Notes: generated from the sequence alone by a model not told the origin. DNA of 64,000 nt from Flavobacteriales bacterium (GCA_044338665.1 JBIIWZ010000010.1:4447-68446); one strand, 5' to 3'. Numbered from the stretch's first letter, positions 22,245 to 31,365 are shown. Numbers and translations: made by a program.

Positions 22245-23695
22245 AGATCGGCTTGGTATTTCCGCACCAACTGTTCGAAGAGCACGAACTCTTCCGTTCG
22301 TGCGATTGTCTTTTGCTTATTGAAGAACCCTTGTTCTTTTCCCAATACCCCTTCCATAAGAAAAAAATAATCTTGCATCGCGCAAGCATGAAAGCCTTTC
22401 TGGAAGAGCAATCCAGAACTTCTTCCAACTGGAATTACCTGTCACACGACGAAGCTTCTTCCCTTCAAATTGAAAATGAATTGAAGTCTTTGGGAGCGAA
22501 GGAATTGTTGTGGATCGACACGGTTGATTTCAACCTAGAAAAAAAAATAAACAAGTGGGCGCAACGATTAAGTCTTGCGACCAAGCGATTCGATTCTCCG
22601 AATTTTTACAACACAGAAGAAGAATTGAAGGCGTACTTCAACAAGAAAAAATTCTTCTTGAATGACTTTTACATTCACGAAAGAAAGAAGCGTCAGGTGC
22701 TGTTAGAGCCTTCTGGAGAGCCTGTTGGCGGAAAGTGGACCTTTGATACCGAGAACCGCGCGAAAGCTCCAAAGGGCATGGAATTTCCTGCTCCGTATTC
22801 TTCAACACGAAATGAATTTGTGGTTGAAGCAACGGCTTACGTAGAAGCGCATTTCGCAAAGCATGTGGGCACTTCCGAGAACTTCATTTACGCCGTTACA
22901 AGAGACGAAGCAAAAGCCGCTTTGCAGTATTTCATTCAACATAAAATAAATGAATACGGAACGTATCAAGATGCCATTGTGCCGCAAGAATCGTGGCTGT
23001 TTCACTCGGTCATTTCTCCGTATTTAAACATAGGCTTGCTCACTCCGCAAGAGTGCGTTCAAGCGGCTTTGGACTCCCATGCTGAAATGAATAATGTGGA
23101 AGGATTCGTGCGGCAGATCTTGGGATGGCGCGAGTTTATTCGTGCGGTGTATGTGTTGAAGGGTGTGGAAGAGCGCACTTCGAATTTCTTTCAACACGAT
23201 CGAAAATTACCGAACGGATTTTGGGATGCGACGACCGGTATTCGTCCGATTGACGATTGTTTGGAAGGGCTTCTTAAGAATGCCTATTCACATCACATAG
23301 AGCGTTTGATGATCTTGGGGAATTTCATGCTGTTGAGCGAAGTTCATCCGCATGAAGTGTACGAGTGGTTCATGACTTTTTACATAGATGCATACGACTG
23401 GGTAATGGTTCCGAATGTTTATGGAATGTCGCAATTCGCTGACGGCGGACTCATGAGCACGAAGCCATATATGAGTGGTTCAAATTACATTTATAAAATG
23501 AGCAATTACAAAAAGGGCGAGCCGTGGGAGAAAATCTGGGATGCTCTTTTTTGGAATTTCATTGAACGAAACACCCCCTTTCTTTCGCGGAACTATCGGT
23601 TGAGTATGATGGTTGCTTTGCTAAACAAAATGGACGAGCAAAAAAAACAAGGGCACATGGCCCTTGCTCAATCTTTTTTGAATAAAGAAGCTTAA
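22241..23695 (+). CDS. cryptochrome/photolyase family protein (COG3046, photolyase-related)
   Basis: 484 aa. Contains GWREFIR, YSHHIERLMILGNF and WFMTFYIDAYDWVMVPNVYGMSQFADGG. Confidence 0.85.
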   Translation: MKIGLVFPHQLFEEHELFRSCDCLLLIEEPLFFSQYPFHKKKIILHRASMKAFLEEQSRTSSNWNYLSHDEASSLQIENELKSLGAKELLWIDTVDFNLEKKINKWAQRLSLATKRFDSPNFYNTEEELKAYFNKKKFFLNDFYIHERKKRQVLLEPSGEPVGGKWTFDTENRAKAPKGMEFPAPYSSTRNEFVVEATAYVEAHFAKHVGTSENFIYAVTRDEAKAALQYFIQHKINEYGTYQDAIVPQESWLFHSVISPYLNIGLLTPQECVQAALDSHAEMNNVEGFVRQILGWREFIRAVYVLKGVEERTSNFFQHDRKLPNGFWDATTGIRPIDDCLEGLLKNAYSHHIERLMILGNFMLLSEVHPHEVYEWFMTFYIDAYDWVMVPNVYGMSQFADGGLMSTKPYMSGSNYIYKMSNYKKGEPWEKIWDALFWNFIERNTPFLSRNYRLSMMVALLNKMDEQKKQGHMALAQSFLNKEA

Positions 23696-23847
23696 GATCC
23701 GCAGTAAAGACAGCCATCGTCAGCGTCTTCCAATTGGCCCGCGCCGCTTACTTGGCGCTTCACTTCGTTTTCTACATCTGCTTCAGACCAGGTAGGGTTT
23801 ACCGCCTTAATGCGTGCTTTTAAAAATAGGTATTCGTTCGATTCCAT
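23692..23847 (-). CDS. small hypothetical protein ending in C-x-x-C-G-S
   Basis: 51 aa: MESNEYLFLKARIKAVNPTWSEADVENEVKRQVSGAGQLEDADDGCLYCGS. ATG at 23847. Its stop overlaps the stop of the convergent photolyase-family gene. Confidence 0.35.
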   Translation of the reverse strand: MESNEYLFLKARIKAVNPTWSEADVENEVKRQVSGAGQLEDADDGCLYCGS

Positions 23848-23942
23848 AAGAGTGTTGTTTTGGTAAAAGGAAGTTACAAAGGTGAATATGAAGCCCACAT
23901 TAAGTTGAATTGACTTACTAACAGCCACCCGTTCACGAGCAT

Positions 23943-25091
23943 TTATCGGCTGATTATCAAGGAAAAAACCCGTGGATAATCCTTTATGGAAATGAAATAC
24001 CTGCCATTCGGCAAGTCGGAAACATCGAGGTCTGAATGGCTTCGAATCCGAGTCTTCAAAACCAGCTTTCCCTCGCCATTCCTCATTTCCAGACACAAGG
24101 ACTTGTTCGGAGATTGAATGTGAACGGTGTCTTTCGCCGGATTGGGATAGATGCGAATTTCCGAAGACTCGGAATCAATGTTGTTTCCCGAAAGGTATTC
24201 TCCGAGAACAGGAGTCAAATCGAACTTGTGCAACTTCTGCTGATTCGTAATAAAGCTTTGGCTAAAGTATTCATTGGTTAGATACACGTCTATTCCGTTG
24301 GTGGTTGATACGCCTTCCACCTGGTGAAAATTCAAAGACAAATTTATTTTTTGTTGGAAGGAAGAGAAGAAATCTGTTCCTTCAAAATCGAAAAGCAAAT
24401 ACATGAATGGCTGAAGCAAAGAAGAGTAACCAGAGAGAATGACTAACTTTTTTGAAGGAATAAATGTCGCTCCGGTTATTAATCCATTTACATCTGAAGA
24501 GTCTTTTCGATGTGCCAAATAATTCCCTGGGATTTTAGGTAAACTGTAACAAACAGTGGTTTGATTGTCCCAATTCTTTGTGAAAAGAAATAGGCTGTCG
24601 GTTCCGGCTATGAAGGCCTCGCAATCGAAGGCCGTATTTTGGTTGGAAGGCGTGAAGTCTATTTGATCTTCGTAAGCGAAGGCAATGGTGTCTATTGCAG
24701 GCGTGCCTTCAAGAAGAGAAGATTTTTCAATTCGAAGAATATGCAAATCTGTTCTGTTTCCAGCGTTGTTTCCGAAATCTCCGACATACAAATACAAGCT
24801 GTCTTGGGCGATTTCTTCCCAATCGAAATTGGAAGTTCCAAGTAGTGCAAAGGTTTGAAGAATTGCACCATTCAAGGTGTCGATCACATATAAATTCTCA
24901 TCTGAATTATCGTTGTGTGTTAGCAATCCCTGTTGAAAAAAAACGAGTCCCGATGTTTCAGATATTTCCGATGAAAGTTGCACGGAATAAACGGGCGAAA
25001 GGGTAACGGTTGGAAGGTTGGGTTGGGCGAAAACTCCCACACAAATACTTTGCAATAAAAAGATGAGAAAAATTCTTGCAAGAGCCTTCAT
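23943..25091 (-). CDS. secreted protein with T9SS C-terminal sorting domain
   Basis: Signal peptide MKALARIFLIFLLQSICVGVFAQ. C-terminal IRIYPNPAKDTVHIQ...GRYFISI. Confidence 0.75.
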   Translation of the reverse strand: MKALARIFLIFLLQSICVGVFAQPNLPTVTLSPVYSVQLSSEISETSGLVFFQQGLLTHNDNSDENLYVIDTLNGAILQTFALLGTSNFDWEEIAQDSLYLYVGDFGNNAGNRTDLHILRIEKSSLLEGTPAIDTIAFAYEDQIDFTPSNQNTAFDCEAFIAGTDSLFLFTKNWDNQTTVCYSLPKIPGNYLAHRKDSSDVNGLITGATFIPSKKLVILSGYSSLLQPFMYLLFDFEGTDFFSSFQQKINLSLNFHQVEGVSTTNGIDVYLTNEYFSQSFITNQQKLHKFDLTPVLGEYLSGNNIDSESSEIRIYPNPAKDTVHIQSPNKSLCLEMRNGEGKLVLKTRIRSHSDLDVSDLPNGRYFISIKDYPRVFSLIISR

Positions 25092-25147
25092 GAATCAAAG
25101 TTAAGTTAAAAGCAATGATGTAACTTGGAACTTCAAAATAGACGACT

Positions 25148-27094
25148 ATGAAACGAATTGAATCGTTTGAAGAATATAAATCGGTGTACGCGGAAAGCAT
25201 TGCTAATCCTAATAAATTCTGGGGTGAAATAGCTGAATCTTTTTCTTGGAAAAAGAAATGGGACACTGTTCTATCGGGAACCTTCGCCGATGCAAAAACC
25301 CGATGGTTCGACGGAGGTGAATTGAACATTACTGAAAATTTACTCGACAGACATTTGGCTGAAAAAGGAAATGAAACTGCACTCATTTGGGAACCGAATG
25401 AACGTTCGGTTCAGGTGCGTTCATTCACGTATACTGAACTTCATAAAGAAGTTTGTATCGCTGCTGAAATGCTTCGCACGATGGGTGTTCAAAAAGGAGA
25501 TCGTGTTTGTATTTACATGAGCATGGTGCCTGAGTTGGTGTTCAGTGTGCTCGCCTGCGCGCGCATTGGGGCGGTGCATTCTGTTATTTTCGGCGGATTC
25601 AGCGCACGAAGCATTGCAGATCGCGTAGACGATGCTGAAGCAGACTTCGTGATAACCATGGACGGGGGACTTCGCGGAAACAAGATTATTCCATTGAAGT
25701 CGGTGGTGGATGAAGCATTGAATTCAACAAGAAAAATAAAAAATGTTTTGGTCTTCAACTACCTCAACCTTCCAACCGAAAAAAAAGAAGTAGATATCGA
25801 TTGGAAGAAATTGAAAGGAAAAGTTCTTTCCTCCAATAATTATATGAAGCCCGGAGCGACGCTTCAATCGGAAGATCCTTCGTTCATCTTGTACACCAGC
25901 GGATCAACGGGCAAACCGAAAGGCGTTGTGCACAGCACTGCGGGTTACATGGTATGGACGGCCTATACTTTTTTGAATGTGTTTCAATACGAAAAAGGAG
26001 ATATTCATTTTTGTACTGCCGATATTGGATGGGTTACAGGGCACAGTTATTTGATCTATGGACCTTTGCTGAACGGTGCTACTTCATTGATGTTTGAAGG
26101 CATTCCAACTTATCCCGATGCTGGAAGATTTTGGGACATTGTAGCGAAGCACAAAGTGAGTATTTTCTACACGGCTCCAACGGCCATTCGCAGTTTAATG
26201 TCGGCCGGAGATGAATTTTTAGAAGGAAAAGATTTGTCTTCGTTGCGCATACTCGGAAGCGTTGGCGAACCCATTAACGAAGAAGCTTGGAATTGGTACC
26301 ACGATAAAATTGGAAAAGGAAATTGTCCGGTTGTCGATACTTTTTGGCAAACGGAAACAGGCGGTGTTATGATCTCGAGTTTAGCCGGAGTAACGCCATC
26401 GAAACCGGTGTTTGCTACGTTGCCTATGCCGGGGGTTCTTCCTGTTTTGTTGGATGATAAAGGGAATGAAATTCTTGAAAACGATTTAACCGGAAACCTG
26501 TGTTTCAAACAGTCGTGGCCTTCTATGATTCGCACCACGTATGGCGACCACGAGCGTTGTATTTTGAATTACTTCAGCACATATAAAAATTATTACTTCA
26601 CCGGTGACGGCGCTTACCGTGACGAGAAAGGAATGTATCGTTTAGCAGGAAGGGTTGACGATGTGTTGAATGTTAGCGGACACCGTATAGGCACTGCTGA
26701 AGTGGAGAACGCGATTAATCATACGCACGGTGTTATTGAAAGCGCTGTAGTTGGGTATCCGCATGACATTAAGGGGCAAGGAATCTATGCGTTTGTGATT
26801 TGTGCAGAGCAAGGTGGTGAACAAGATGCGATGCAAGGTCCTACGGAAGGTGCTTCGCAAGGGTTTGAGCAGGAGATGGTTTATTCCATTACCAAAACAG
26901 TGAGTGAGCAGATTGGGGCGATTGCGAAACCGGATAAAATCGTAATTGTAAGCGGTCTTCCGAAAACGAGAAGTGGAAAGATTATGCGTCGCATTTTAAG
27001 GAAAATTGCTGAAGGGGAATTCGATGCTATTGGCGATACGACTACCTTACTTGATCCGAGTGTGGTTAAAGAAATTATTGACAAAGCGAAATAA
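25148..27094 (+). CDS. acs: acetyl-CoA synthetase
   Basis: 648 aa. Contains YTSGSTGKPKG, WQTETGG and LPKTRSGKIMRRILRKIA. Confidence 0.97.
   Translation: MKRIESFEEYKSVYAESIANPNKFWGEIAESFSWKKKWDTVLSGTFADAKTRWFDGGELNITENLLDRHLAEKGNETALIWEPNERSVQVRSFTYTELHKEVCIAAEMLRTMGVQKGDRVCIYMSMVPELVFSVLACARIGAVHSVIFGGFSARSIADRVDDAEADFVITMDGGLRGNKIIPLKSVVDEALNSTRKIKNVLVFNYLNLPTEKKEVDIDWKKLKGKVLSSNNYMKPGATLQSEDPSFILYTSGSTGKPKGVVHSTAGYMVWTAYTFLNVFQYEKGDIHFCTADIGWVTGHSYLIYGPLLNGATSLMFEGIPTYPDAGRFWDIVAKHKVSIFYTAPTAIRSLMSAGDEFLEGKDLSSLRILGSVGEPINEEAWNWYHDKIGKGNCPVVDTFWQTETGGVMISSLAGVTPSKPVFATLPMPGVLPVLLDDKGNEILENDLTGNLCFKQSWPSMIRTTYGDHERCILNYFSTYKNYYFTGDGAYRDEKGMYRLAGRVDDVLNVSGHRIGTAEVENAINHTHGVIESAVVGYPHDIKGQGIYAFVICAEQGGEQDAMQGPTEGASQGFEQEMVYSITKTVSEQIGAIAKPDKIVIVSGLPKTRSGKIMRRILRKIAEGEFDAIGDTTTLLDPSVVKEIIDKAK
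26810..26869 (+). repeat. in-frame 12-nt-periodic AAGGT repeat copy inside acs (E8)
   Basis: caaggtggtgaa caagatgcgatg caaggtcctacg gaaggtgcttcg caagggtttgag encodes QGGEQDAMQGPTEGASQGFE. The segment gcaaggtcctacggaaggtgcttcgc nearly matches intergenic copy E4 (ttgcaaggtcctacagaaggt ... ggtgcttcgcg). Confidence 0.75.
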
Positions 27095-27132
27095 TTATTT
27101 GCCTACTTTCTTTTTTTAAGTAATTTCACTTT

Positions 27133-28545
27133 ATGAGGCGAAAGATATTTTCAACAGATAAAAAGATCAGTTCTTTCTTAATTATCGGTGCGCTTATTCC
27201 TAGTTCGGGATTGTTTGTCGTAAACAGTCTTTTCGCAAGTTCTGGCAGTCACAGCGAATTACTTGTCCTTTATTTTCAATCGGTTTTAGCCGTTGTTTTC
27301 GGGGCTATCTTTTTTGCACCGGCTTGGGGGCGCATGCCTTTGAAAACGGAAGGTGAGCTCATTCCATATCGATTTATTGGGAAAGGCGCCGTTTCGCTAG
27401 CCAGGTTTAGAGGGCTTTATTTAGGATTCCTTATCCTGCCATTGGCTATCGCTGTGAGTATTCAGCCGTTATCTGAATACCTCTTTCCTGATACAAGCAG
27501 CCAGCATAAATTTACGGTTTTCACTTTGGTTGTTTTGTCGGTTAATGTATTTTTCAATACACTGTACAACCGAATTCGAATTGATGCAATCCTAGGGTAT
27601 TTGACATTTGCTGTTGCCATTTTCTATTTAGTTGTGCAGCTCTCAACCGGAACTGGTTATTCCACTCCCCCTGAAAATCATTTAGCTTCTTGGGCAGACC
27701 ATTTAAATCTCAAAACCATTCTGTTCTCTATAACCTTGCTTTGGTGGTTCGCTACCATTGTGGATTTACCGGACATGAGAGGGCAGCTGTTATTGACACT
27801 CAAAAACGGAAATGAATCGAGAAGAAATATGATTTTCTCCTTTCTCATAGCGTATTTCATTCAAGGAATTCTTCTCACCTTTCCTTTGATTTATCATTCA
27901 ACAACTGATTGGAGTTGGATTAACAGTTTGTTTATTGCATTTATTATTTTGAATGCCTTTCAGGCTATGTTCAGTGCGAACCACTGGGGCGCTAGCTTAA
28001 TTTATGCAGGAGTCATACGTCCAATGTTATCGAACGACAACAATGAGAAAGCGTATGGCTTTGGAACCATGGTCCTCGCGATAGGAATATCCGCTCTTTG
28101 GTTGCTTGTTGGAAAAACAACTGCGGAACTATTCGCTACCATTTTTCTTTTTACTGCAGGCGTAGGACCTGTGTTTATTGCGCGTTGGTTATGGTCGAAG
28201 GTGAATGCACAGACTGTCTTGTCGGCCATGATAGGCGCACCAATCATTTGGATCTTATGGTTGTTGCTGAAGCAAACTTCAATCTATCCTTTTTTAATGA
28301 ACACACTTGGTATCTCCGAAACCTTTATAGATATTTTAATTCCGGGAATATTGAATACGCTTGTGTGGTTAACGACACTTCTCATTAGTCAAAACAAAGA
28401 AGAAGAACTTCATGCTAAGCAATGGATTCAAGAGGTTGGTGTGTTAAGGGAATTCAATAGTAAAAGAAACTGGATTCTCTTCGTTGGATTGTCTATACTT
28501 TCTGGATTGATTTTATTTGGGCCTTCGCTGGTTTTTGGAAAATAA
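27133..28545 (+). CDS. multi-pass membrane protein, possibly a distant sodium:solute symporter-like transporter
   Basis: 470 aa with about 12 hydrophobic segments. The TEGELIPYRF segment after TM2 resembles the SSS family. The family assignment is weak. Confidence 0.55.
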   Translation: MRRKIFSTDKKISSFLIIGALIPSSGLFVVNSLFASSGSHSELLVLYFQSVLAVVFGAIFFAPAWGRMPLKTEGELIPYRFIGKGAVSLARFRGLYLGFLILPLAIAVSIQPLSEYLFPDTSSQHKFTVFTLVVLSVNVFFNTLYNRIRIDAILGYLTFAVAIFYLVVQLSTGTGYSTPPENHLASWADHLNLKTILFSITLLWWFATIVDLPDMRGQLLLTLKNGNESRRNMIFSFLIAYFIQGILLTFPLIYHSTTDWSWINSLFIAFIILNAFQAMFSANHWGASLIYAGVIRPMLSNDNNEKAYGFGTMVLAIGISALWLLVGKTTAELFATIFLFTAGVGPVFIARWLWSKVNAQTVLSAMIGAPIIWILWLLLKQTSIYPFLMNTLGISETFIDILIPGILNTLVWLTTLLISQNKEEELHAKQWIQEVGVLREFNSKRNWILFVGLSILSGLILFGPSLVFGK

Positions 28546-28550
28546 AAAAA

Positions 28551-28569
28551 CCAACGATGAAATCGTTGG
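28551..28569 (-). terminator. hairpin plus T-run (minus strand) immediately 3-prime of the tRNA-like fragment
   Basis: ccaacgat-gaa-atcgttgg preceded on the plus strand by aaaaaaa, which is a T-run on the minus strand. Confidence 0.45.
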
Positions 28570-28578
28570 CTTAATGGG

Positions 28579-28606
28579 TGGCGGAGAGAGAGGGATTCGA
28601 ACCTTC
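28579..28606 (-). pseudogene. 3-prime fragment of a tRNA-Ser-like gene (T-arm, acceptor 3-prime strand, discriminator G, CCA)
   Basis: The minus strand reads GAAGG TTCGAAT CCCTC TCTCTCC G CCA. I could not draw a complementary 5-prime acceptor strand (GGAGAGA), a D-arm or an anticodon stem in the next ~70 nt. Confidence 0.5.
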
Positions 28607-28661
28607 ACTAAAAACCCTTTGTTTTCAAGTGTTTCAGAAGACCCTTAATCCCTGACGCTCC
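28592..28661 (+). repeat. island-bounding direct repeat, copy 1 (att-like)
   Basis: gggattcgaaccttcactaaaaaccctttgttttcaagtgtttcagaagacccttaatccctgacgctcc. It matches 60975-61044 at 63/70 positions with no gaps (hand alignment). Confidence 0.8.
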
Positions 28662-28755
28662 GATTACGCTCGTCTTTTCATTTTCAATTAGAACGAAGGT
28701 AATAATTTTTTCGTCAACTTAAAAATGAGTCAAATGAATTTTCAACACTACATAA

Positions 28756-29340
28756 TTAAAGGTCTCTGTCTAAATTTATAAGAATAAGGCAAAAATCATT
28801 GGGGTTCTCACGTTTAAGTTTAGTGATATTTTTCAGGATGTGCTTTGAGAAATAACCGGTGTATTTCGCCCAATAGAGCACGACGGTTTTGGGGTAATTT
28901 TTCGCTTGACTTCGGACTTGTTGCTTCTCCTCTTCACTGATTTTCAGAAGTTCAAGTTCGTGTTCGAACTTTAAATCTGTGTTTATGTATGGATGAGACT
29001 TTTTTTCAGGAGGAAAAGTAGCGAACGGCTTTTTCGCAACGAAATCCCCTGTGCACTGAGAGAATCCTGTATATAATTCACCATTTGAATCGTAGATCCG
29101 CAATTGAACAGCCGAGAACAGCTTTTCATTGTCTAGAAAGAGCATATGTCTTTTTGAATACAAATCTTTATGCAGCGTATCTACAACCTCAAAACTAAAA
29201 TCGCATATGTATTTTCCGTTGGAAAGAAACAGTTCTTGCTCTTGCTCTGTTGTATTCCTCTGCTCCGAAATACTTAGGATATGAACAAAGTTGCAAGATT
29301 GAAGAAAAACAAAAGAAAGAACCAAATAACAATATTTCAT
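28756..29340 (-). CDS. hypothetical lipoprotein
   Basis: Trimmed to MKYCYLVLSFVFLQSC (lipobox). The tracked N-terminal extension runs through a repeat. Confidence 0.55.
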   Translation of the reverse strand: MKYCYLVLSFVFLQSCNFVHILSISEQRNTTEQEQELFLSNGKYICDFSFEVVDTLHKDLYSKRHMLFLDNEKLFSAVQLRIYDSNGELYTGFSQCTGDFVAKKPFATFPPEKKSHPYINTDLKFEHELELLKISEEEKQQVRSQAKNYPKTVVLYWAKYTGYFSKHILKNITKLKRENPNDFCLILINLDRDL

Positions 29341-29397
29341 GAAGTATGTGCTTAGTGAACGATTTACTTTTTTAGGACGAGACGATGTTTCAATTAC

Positions 29398-29450
29398 GAT
29401 CCCGATAGCTATCGGGAGCATAATTCCAATTCGTAATTGGAACTTCGTTG
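29398..29450 (-). repeat. cassette 3-prime repeat, subfamily b (CCCGATAGCTATCGGG hairpin plus CCAATT-N3-AATTGG)
   Basis: tcccgatagctatcgggagcataattccaattcgtaattggaacttcgttg. Its paralog is at 34153-34210. It lies 3-prime of the stop of 29494..30048. Confidence 0.7.
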
Positions 29451-29493
29451 CTCAGAGATGTCATTGCGATTTGTAGTGCTCATTCAAGAAATC

Positions 29494-30048
29494 CTACATC
29501 TGTCCGTCTGGCCGGTTATATACTATTGTCATTTTTTTTTCAAAAGCTGAAGTAGAAATTTCTAATTCCCAAGATTTGTCAATTGTCGGAAGTGCTTTTT
29601 TAGAATGGTCTAAAAACCTAAACCAACCCCGTGTCTCCTCTGTTATCTTAAAGCTCTGGTTGTTGTCACAAAATACGTCTAAGCAAATATTGTCAGTGAC
29701 ATAGTGGTCCTCTTTATATCCATGCATTGATATAATTTCTGTCCACTGAATCGATTGTACACCCTCGTTTGTTTTTATTGAAAAGCCTAAGTCGCTGAAG
29801 GTGAAAATACCGTTATCTGTGTAAATTTCTTTAAAATTCTTTTCGTTTTGATCTTTATAACCTGTGATATTTTGGTCAGAAATCTCAACTCTTCTGATGG
29901 TTGATCTGAAGAATTTTATAATGAAAAAGATTGTTCCGCCACCAAAAAAGATAGTCCCAACCCAACTAAATGCCAAGCCTCTTGAAATACCCCAAGCAGA
30001 TAAACTGGTCATCATAAGTCCAATTAATATGTTTCTTCTTGCTTTCAT
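29494..30048 (-). CDS. hypothetical membrane-anchored protein (two N-terminal TM helices)
   Basis: 184 aa. Hydrophobic N-terminus ILIGLMMTSLSAWG and WVGTIFFGGGTIFFIIKFF. Its start overlaps the stop of the upstream gene by 4 nt. Confidence 0.55.
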   Translation of the reverse strand: MKARRNILIGLMMTSLSAWGISRGLAFSWVGTIFFGGGTIFFIIKFFRSTIRRVEISDQNITGYKDQNEKNFKEIYTDNGIFTFSDLGFSIKTNEGVQSIQWTEIISMHGYKEDHYVTDNICLDVFCDNNQSFKITEETRGWFRFLDHSKKALPTIDKSWELEISTSAFEKKMTIVYNRPDGQM

Positions 30049-30485
30049 TTTCCGTGAGTTATTCTAATAACCTTGCTGTCTCGACCGTCAATAATTATTG
30101 AAAACGTCCCGCCCTTCATACCCGAAGGAAGTGTTCCTTCAATTAACCAATAATTGTCTTTGAAGTAAATTTCGTAAGGTCGTTGATTTATTATGTTTTC
30201 TTTGCCGTAAATACTGAAGAGGATTGGTTCGGCTACATTTATTGCAGTTACACTGTCTTTAATAATTGCAGTATTGTTGTGAATTAAGTTGTGCTTTGAG
30301 CTGTCGACAAGGGAAGATTGAAGTTCCTGCTCTGCTTGAACTTGTGAAGTTGTCGGCTTAAATCCTTTGCCATTGTCACAGGTGTCACTTTCGAAAACAA
30401 CAAAGTCTTGAACATGCTTTCTTTCTGAGTCGTTACAACTAACCAAAAATAATATGATCAATTTAGAGATTGTTCGTCTTATCAT
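30045..30485 (-). CDS. NTF2-fold immunity protein-like lipoprotein
   Basis: Start MIRRTISKLIILFLVSC (lipobox). The C-terminal AINVAEPILFSIYGKENIINQRPYEIYFKDNYWLIEGTLPSGMKGGTFSIIIDGRDSKVIRITHGK matches, from memory, the pattern of the Imm-NTF2-2 family of polymorphic-toxin immunity proteins. Confidence 0.5.
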   Translation of the reverse strand: MIRRTISKLIILFLVSCNDSERKHVQDFVVFESDTCDNGKGFKPTTSQVQAEQELQSSLVDSSKHNLIHNNTAIIKDSVTAINVAEPILFSIYGKENIINQRPYEIYFKDNYWLIEGTLPSGMKGGTFSIIIDGRDSKVIRITHGK

Positions 30486-30522
30486 AACAGCCACTTTTGC
30501 CAAACTGATGCTGGGAGTAGAT

Positions 30523-31365
30523 TTACTCTGCGTTACATCCATATTCTCTGTCTTTTGGCGATTTCAAACAATGTCCACTAAAGAATAAATCTAAAGTTGG
30601 TGGATTATATCTTTCGTGAGTTACTTTCATTAATTTCGGATAATTAGCTAATGCGATTTTTGCTTTTTTCAGAACAATTTCTTCCATTAAATCAGGTGCT
30701 TCCGAATTAAAAATCATTTCAACTTTGTCTATTTTTCCATTTTTTTTGAAAGTAACATTTACTATGCATGAGCTTTCTTCATCAAATTGATTTCTTTCAT
30801 CTATTGTAATTTCTTGCAGTATTAATTTTTTAATGGAGTCGGACAATCTTCTTTCTGCTGGAAATATCTGTTTGTCATTGTACTTAACATATTCTTTTAT
30901 TTCCGTATTTTTAATTTTACCATTTTCAAATTTGTAATAAATTTCTTTCTCATAAATAGACATATAGCCCATATGGACGTATTGAATTAGTTGTCCTTTT
31001 GGTTGTATAATGGTGTGATTAACCCAATTAGCAAAGACGTTTGAAGTTCCAAATTCTATTTTAACATCCAAATCAATAGGGTTTTTACCACAATAATCTG
31101 TTTGTATTCTGACTAAAAACAAACTGTCATTTTGCAACTTCCAAGTTGCGACATATCCTCTCCATAGTGCCGTGCAACTACCTTGCATTTCCTCGCCATT
31201 TATAGTCCGCGTACCTTTTCTATCAAAGTATCCCTCTAACGGATTTGAATTGATCTCAAATGTGTCTTTCGAAATAATTAAGAGGTCGCCAAACTGGGCA
31301 GTCCCCAATACCTCAGTGATTTGCGTTAGGGTAAAAAAAATAAGTATTAAAGTTCTAAGGTTCAT
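30523..31365 (-). CDS. hypothetical secreted protein
   Basis: Trimmed to MNLRTLILIFFTLTQITEVLGTAQ (signal peptide). 280 aa. Confidence 0.55.
   Translation of the reverse strand: MNLRTLILIFFTLTQITEVLGTAQFGDLLIISKDTFEINSNPLEGYFDRKGTRTINGEEMQGSCTALWRGYVATWKLQNDSLFLVRIQTDYCGKNPIDLDVKIEFGTSNVFANWVNHTIIQPKGQLIQYVHMGYMSIYEKEIYYKFENGKIKNTEIKEYVKYNDKQIFPAERRLSDSIKKLILQEITIDERNQFDEESSCIVNVTFKKNGKIDKVEMIFNSEAPDLMEEIVLKKAKIALANYPKLMKVTHERYNPPTLDLFFSGHCLKSPKDREYGCNAE

Noticed and set aside
1068-22428. Antisense or overlapping ORFs inside housekeeping genes, e.g. 1068-1331, 6373-6900, 11645-12076, 15382-15966, 18537-18944, 21956-22411 and 24958-25386.
   Set aside because: They lie fully inside strongly supported genes on the opposite strand or in another frame, their composition is low-complexity or Cys/Arg-rich, and no family signal is recognisable.
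27133-28545. A firm call of an acetate or sodium:solute symporter downstream of acs.
   Set aside because: Only a short SSS-like segment after TM2 is recognisable by eye, and the protein is shorter than typical SSS members. It is kept as a generic membrane protein with a weak family suggestion.
28579-28668. Intact tRNA-Ser, tRNA-Sec or tmRNA on the minus strand.
   Set aside because: Only the T-arm, 3-prime acceptor strand and CCA can be drawn. The candidate 5-prime strand GGAGCGT pairs at only 5 of 7 positions. There is no D-arm and no anticodon stem around the CTTGAAA or TCTGAAA candidates. The acceptor with discriminator G is Ser-like, not the tmRNA G-U/A type. This needs confirmation with a covariance model.
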